The notes under the pieces were generated by a model that ran no database searches, was not told the DNA's origin, and saw only the letters and a program-made list of their open reading frames with translations. From contig JAMPXK010000001.1 in assembly GCA_023701245.1 (NCBI GenBank), positions 23 through 64,022 on the forward strand: a DNA stretch of 64,000 nucleotides, written 5' to 3'. The first letter of the stretch is position 1. Every line of letters starts with the position of its first letter. Source of the DNA: Elusimicrobiales bacterium (lineage in GTDB: Bacteria > Elusimicrobiota > Elusimicrobia > Elusimicrobiales > UBA9959). The position numbers were made by a program, and so were the translations under genes. Below, piece after piece: positions 61,430 through 64,000 of this stretch.

Positions 61430-62110
61430 TTAGTCGAACCTGTTCTTCACTACCACGCGCAGCGATTTGAACCCGTCGCGCCAGCTGATCTTCTTGCCTT
61501 CGCCGTAGGTGCGGGGATTGTAACTGATGGGGATCTCCAGTATCTTAACGCCCTTGCGGATGAGCTTTACCGCCAGCTCGCAGTCGAAATCGAAGCCTTT
61601 GCACTCGAAGGCAAGCCCCTCCAGCGCCGAGGCGCGGAAAACCTTGTAGCAGGTGAGGATGTCGGTGAGCGAGGTGCCGTAGAGGAGGTTGGCCAGGGTA
61701 ATGAGGACCTTGTTGGCGAGCAGGCTGGCGTAGCGGAATTTGGCCTTGCCCAGGAAGCGCGAACCGAACACCACGTCCGTTTCGTTGGCGACGATATGCT
61801 TGAGCAGGGCCGGGTATTCTTCGGGGCTCACTTCCAGGTCCGCGTCCTGTATCAGCACTATGTCCCCGGCGGCGTGCCGCAGGCCTTTCTGGACGGCCGC
61901 GCCTTTGCCTTCGCGCCGGTCTTCGTAAATTATGCGGGTGTCGGGCCTGCCTTCCTCCTGCCTGAGCCGGTCGCGGGTGCCGTCGGAAGACGCCCCGTCC
62001 ACCACAATTATCTCTTTCTCCATGCCTACCTGCACCTGCCGCACCCTGGAGATGATCTCCAGGATGGTGCCGGCTTCGTTGTAGACAGGGATGATGACGG
62101 AAAGTTTCAT
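61430..62110 (-). CDS. GT2 glycosyltransferase (Dpm1/polyprenyl-phosphate sugar synthase-like, soluble)
   Basis: ATG at 62110 (ATGA overlap with the upstream gene). LSVIIPVYNE, VVDGASSDGT, QDADLE. Confidence 0.8.
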   Translation of the reverse strand: MKLSVIIPVYNEAGTILEIISRVRQVQVGMEKEIIVVDGASSDGTRDRLRQEEGRPDTRIIYEDRREGKGAAVQKGLRHAAGDIVLIQDADLEVSPEEYPALLKHIVANETDVVFGSRFLGKAKFRYASLLANKVLITLANLLYGTSLTDILTCYKVFRASALEGLAFECKGFDFDCELAVKLIRKGVKILEIPISYNPRTYGEGKKISWRDGFKSLRVVVKNRFD

Positions 62111-62802
62111 GCGCCGCAGGTCCAGGCCTTGGCGGCGCGCCCGGCTTCTTCCAGCTGGGAGACGCGTTCTATGGCGAGCCACGGGTCCTTGAATTCGTAT
62201 TTAAGCACGCGCTTGCCGCCGCGCAGGAGGGCTTTTACCAGGTCCGGCATGGTGAAGAAGCGGCCGCGGGGCACGGCCGCGAGTGCCGCGCCGCCCAGCA
62301 CGTAGATGCCGGCAGAGATGAGGTATTCCTTCACGGGCTTTTCGGTGATGCCGGTAACGGCGTCCCCGGCTATCTCCAGCGTGCCGAAGGGCAGCTGGTC
62401 GGAGTATTTGCGCACGGCGATGGTCAGGTCCGCGCGGTTCTGCGCGTGGAAGCGGCGCAGGCGGTTGAAATCCAGCTTGGTCAGGATGTCGCCGTTCATG
62501 ACCAGGAAGGGGGGCTTGAGGCCGCGGATGAGCTTGAGCGGGCCCGCCGTGCCCAGGGGCTTCTTTTCCCTGGTATAGGCGATGTTCACGCCGAACTTGC
62601 GCCCGTCGCCGAAGTAGGCCTCGATGAGTTCCGCGCCGTAGCCCAGCGTCAGGGTGACGCTTTTTATGCCCTGCGAGCGCAGGCGCATCAGGATGTGTTC
62701 CAGGATGGGGCGCTCGCCTACGGGCAGCAGCGGCTTGGGAATGGAAAAAGTGAAAGGCTGCAGGCGGGTACCGCACCCGCCAGCCACTATGACGGCCTGC
62801 AT
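62107..62802 (-). CDS. Sugar-1-phosphate nucleotidyltransferase
   Basis: ATG at 62802. MQAVIVAGGCGTRLQPFT..PKPLLPV is the G-G-x-G-T-R-L signature. Confidence 0.85.
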   Translation of the reverse strand: MQAVIVAGGCGTRLQPFTFSIPKPLLPVGERPILEHILMRLRSQGIKSVTLTLGYGAELIEAYFGDGRKFGVNIAYTREKKPLGTAGPLKLIRGLKPPFLVMNGDILTKLDFNRLRRFHAQNRADLTIAVRKYSDQLPFGTLEIAGDAVTGITEKPVKEYLISAGIYVLGGAALAAVPRGRFFTMPDLVKALLRGGKRVLKYEFKDPWLAIERVSQLEEAGRAAKAWTCGA

Positions 62803-62812
62803 GGGCCGCGCC

Positions 62813-63802
62813 TCAGATCTGGTATTTGTCCGGGTCATAGCCTTCCATGTGGGCGCGCATCCAGTCCACGGTATGCCGCAGCCCCGCTTCCAGGGAAGTT
62901 TTGGGCTCCCAACCTATCAGTTCTTTGGCCCTGGAGTTGTCGCAGAGCAGCTGCATCACTTCGCTGCCCTTCGGGCGCTTGCGGGCGCTGGTGGTGACTA
63001 TCCGGGCCTTCTTGCCGGTCACCTTGAGGATGGCCGCGGCCAGTTCGCCCACGGAAATATCCCGGCCGGTGCCGATATTGATAGCCTGGCCTATGGCCTT
63101 GGGGGATTCCGCCGTTTTGATGAACCCGTCCACGGTGTCGAGCACGTAGTTCATGTCCCGGCGGGGGGTGAGCGAGCCCAGCGTTATCTGCTTCTTGCGC
63201 AGCGCCTGGATGATGATAGTGGGGATGATGGCCCGGTCGGACTGGCGGGGGCCGTAGGTGTTGAACGGCCGCAGGGTGGCCACGGGCACGCCGTAGGTCT
63301 TGTGAAAGGCCTCCGCCACTTTATCCGCGGCTATCTTGCTGGCCGAATAGGGCGACTGGGCCTGCAGGGGGTGGTCCTCGTCGATGGGGGTGTAGAGGGC
63401 CGTGCCGTACACTTCCGATGTGGAGGTGGTCACCACTTTGCTGGCGCCGGCGTCGCGCGCGGCCAGCAGCAGGTTGAGGGTGCCGGTGGCGTTCACTTCG
63501 AAAACCTCGCGCGGGTTGACGTAGGAGTACGGGATGCCTACGAGCGCCCCGAGGTGGAACACCACGTCCTTGCCGCGCAGCAGCTTCTTGATCATCTCCG
63601 GGTCGCGCAGGTCGCCCGGGGCCAATTCTATGTGGGAGAGGACGCTTTTGGGGAGGTGGCGCAGGCAGCCCAGGTCGTTGTACGGCGTGTATTCCAGCAG
63701 GGCCGTTACTTTGGCCCCGCTGGTCACCAGCCGCTCGGTCAGGTGGCTGCCTATGAAGCCGCTGCCGCCCGTTATGAATACCTTTTGCCTGCGCCAGTTC
63801 AT
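62813..63802 (-). CDS. NAD-dependent NDP-sugar epimerase/dehydratase (extended SDR)
   Basis: 329 aa. ITGGSGFIGSHL; catalytic YSASKIAADK (YxxxK). GGAGG SD upstream. Confidence 0.85.
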   Translation of the reverse strand: MNWRRQKVFITGGSGFIGSHLTERLVTSGAKVTALLEYTPYNDLGCLRHLPKSVLSHIELAPGDLRDPEMIKKLLRGKDVVFHLGALVGIPYSYVNPREVFEVNATGTLNLLLAARDAGASKVVTTSTSEVYGTALYTPIDEDHPLQAQSPYSASKIAADKVAEAFHKTYGVPVATLRPFNTYGPRQSDRAIIPTIIIQALRKKQITLGSLTPRRDMNYVLDTVDGFIKTAESPKAIGQAINIGTGRDISVGELAAAILKVTGKKARIVTTSARKRPKGSEVMQLLCDNSRAKELIGWEPKTSLEAGLRHTVDWMRAHMEGYDPDKYQI

Positions 63803-63816
63803 CGTGCCTCCGGGGG

Positions 63817-64000
63817 TCAGACCGCGACTTTTACGGATTCTTTGACCGCGTCGGTCACGGCCTTGATCTGCTCGTCGGAGAGTTCCGGGTACATCGGCAG
63901 CGAGAACACGGTGTCCTGCACCGCGTCGCAGACCGGCAGGTCCCCGCGCTTGTAGCCGAGGTGCTTGTAGGCCTCCTGCAGGTGCAGCGTGATCGGGTAA
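63817..64000 (-). CDS. DegT/DnrJ/EryC1-family PLP aminotransferase, C-terminal fragment (5' end outside window)
   Basis: Hand translation of the minus strand gives YPITLHLQEAYKHLGYKRGDLPVCDAVQDTVFSLPMYPELSDEQIKAVTDAVKESVKVAV*. This is the typical DegT-family C-terminus. Stop (TCA on the plus strand) at 63817-63819. Confidence 0.75.
   Translation of the reverse strand, partial: YPITLHLQEAYKHLGYKRGDLPVCDAVQDTVFSLPMYPELSDEQIKAVTDAVKESVKVAV

Noticed and set aside
1-64000. Searched by eye for tRNA/rRNA/tmRNA/RNase P-like sequences, integrases, transposases, phage genes, toxin-antitoxin pairs, restriction-modification or other defence modules
   Set aside because: None recognised. All intergenic regions over 80 bp are accounted for by promoter islands, terminators or the palindromic repeat family. 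Absence cannot be proven without covariance-model and HMM searches.

Overview
Visibly GC-rich bacterial chromosomal segment. It has diderm (Gram-negative) hallmarks: LptF/G-type permeases, TolC-family protein, lipoproteins, beta-barrel OMPs ending in Phe, and a GT9 heptosyltransferase. I recognised no rRNA, tRNA, CRISPR array, transposase, integrase or phage genes. About 58 protein-coding genes are called. They are densely packed, with many 1-25 nt start/stop overlaps (often ATGA). The provided ORF track uses alternative start codons, so several starts were re-set to internal ATGs that have signal peptides, SD sequences or ATGA coupling. Gene content in order: (1) tlyA 3' end. (2) A six-gene operon of a SPASM radical-SAM enzyme, two tandem UbiU-like/UbiV-like (peptidase U32 family) pairs and a SAM methyltransferase; this is the best candidate for an undescribed system. 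(3) A tiny repeat-containing lipoprotein gene and a 3-gene envelope operon. (4) An RNA m5U methyltransferase. (5) A GT-C membrane protein, a Cache-like protein and two GH13 enzymes. (6) comF. (7) A ~1800-aa outer-membrane protein divergent from two LptF/G-family permeases. (8) A pentose-phosphate operon (nudix-tkt-gnd-zwf-pgl plus a Gre-like factor). (9) dnaE with an overlapping receiver-only response regulator. (10) OMP, PFK, HAMP protein, TolC-family, patatin, TPR, dapF, dapA. (11) A >20 kb envelope-glycan locus: mtgA, FAD oxidoreductase, GT9, GT-C::methyltransferase fusion, methyltransferase, GtrB-like GT2, NodU/CmcH carbamoyltransferase, L,D-transpeptidase, asnB, another GT-C, three B12-type radical SAM paralogs, GT4, two GT2 and an NDP-aminosugar cassette. 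The main non-coding signals are a three-copy family of ~125-165 bp palindromic intergenic repeats with compensatory stem changes, and a shared palindromic AT box in promoter islands. All functional calls rest on motif recognition by eye; no database search or computation was possible.
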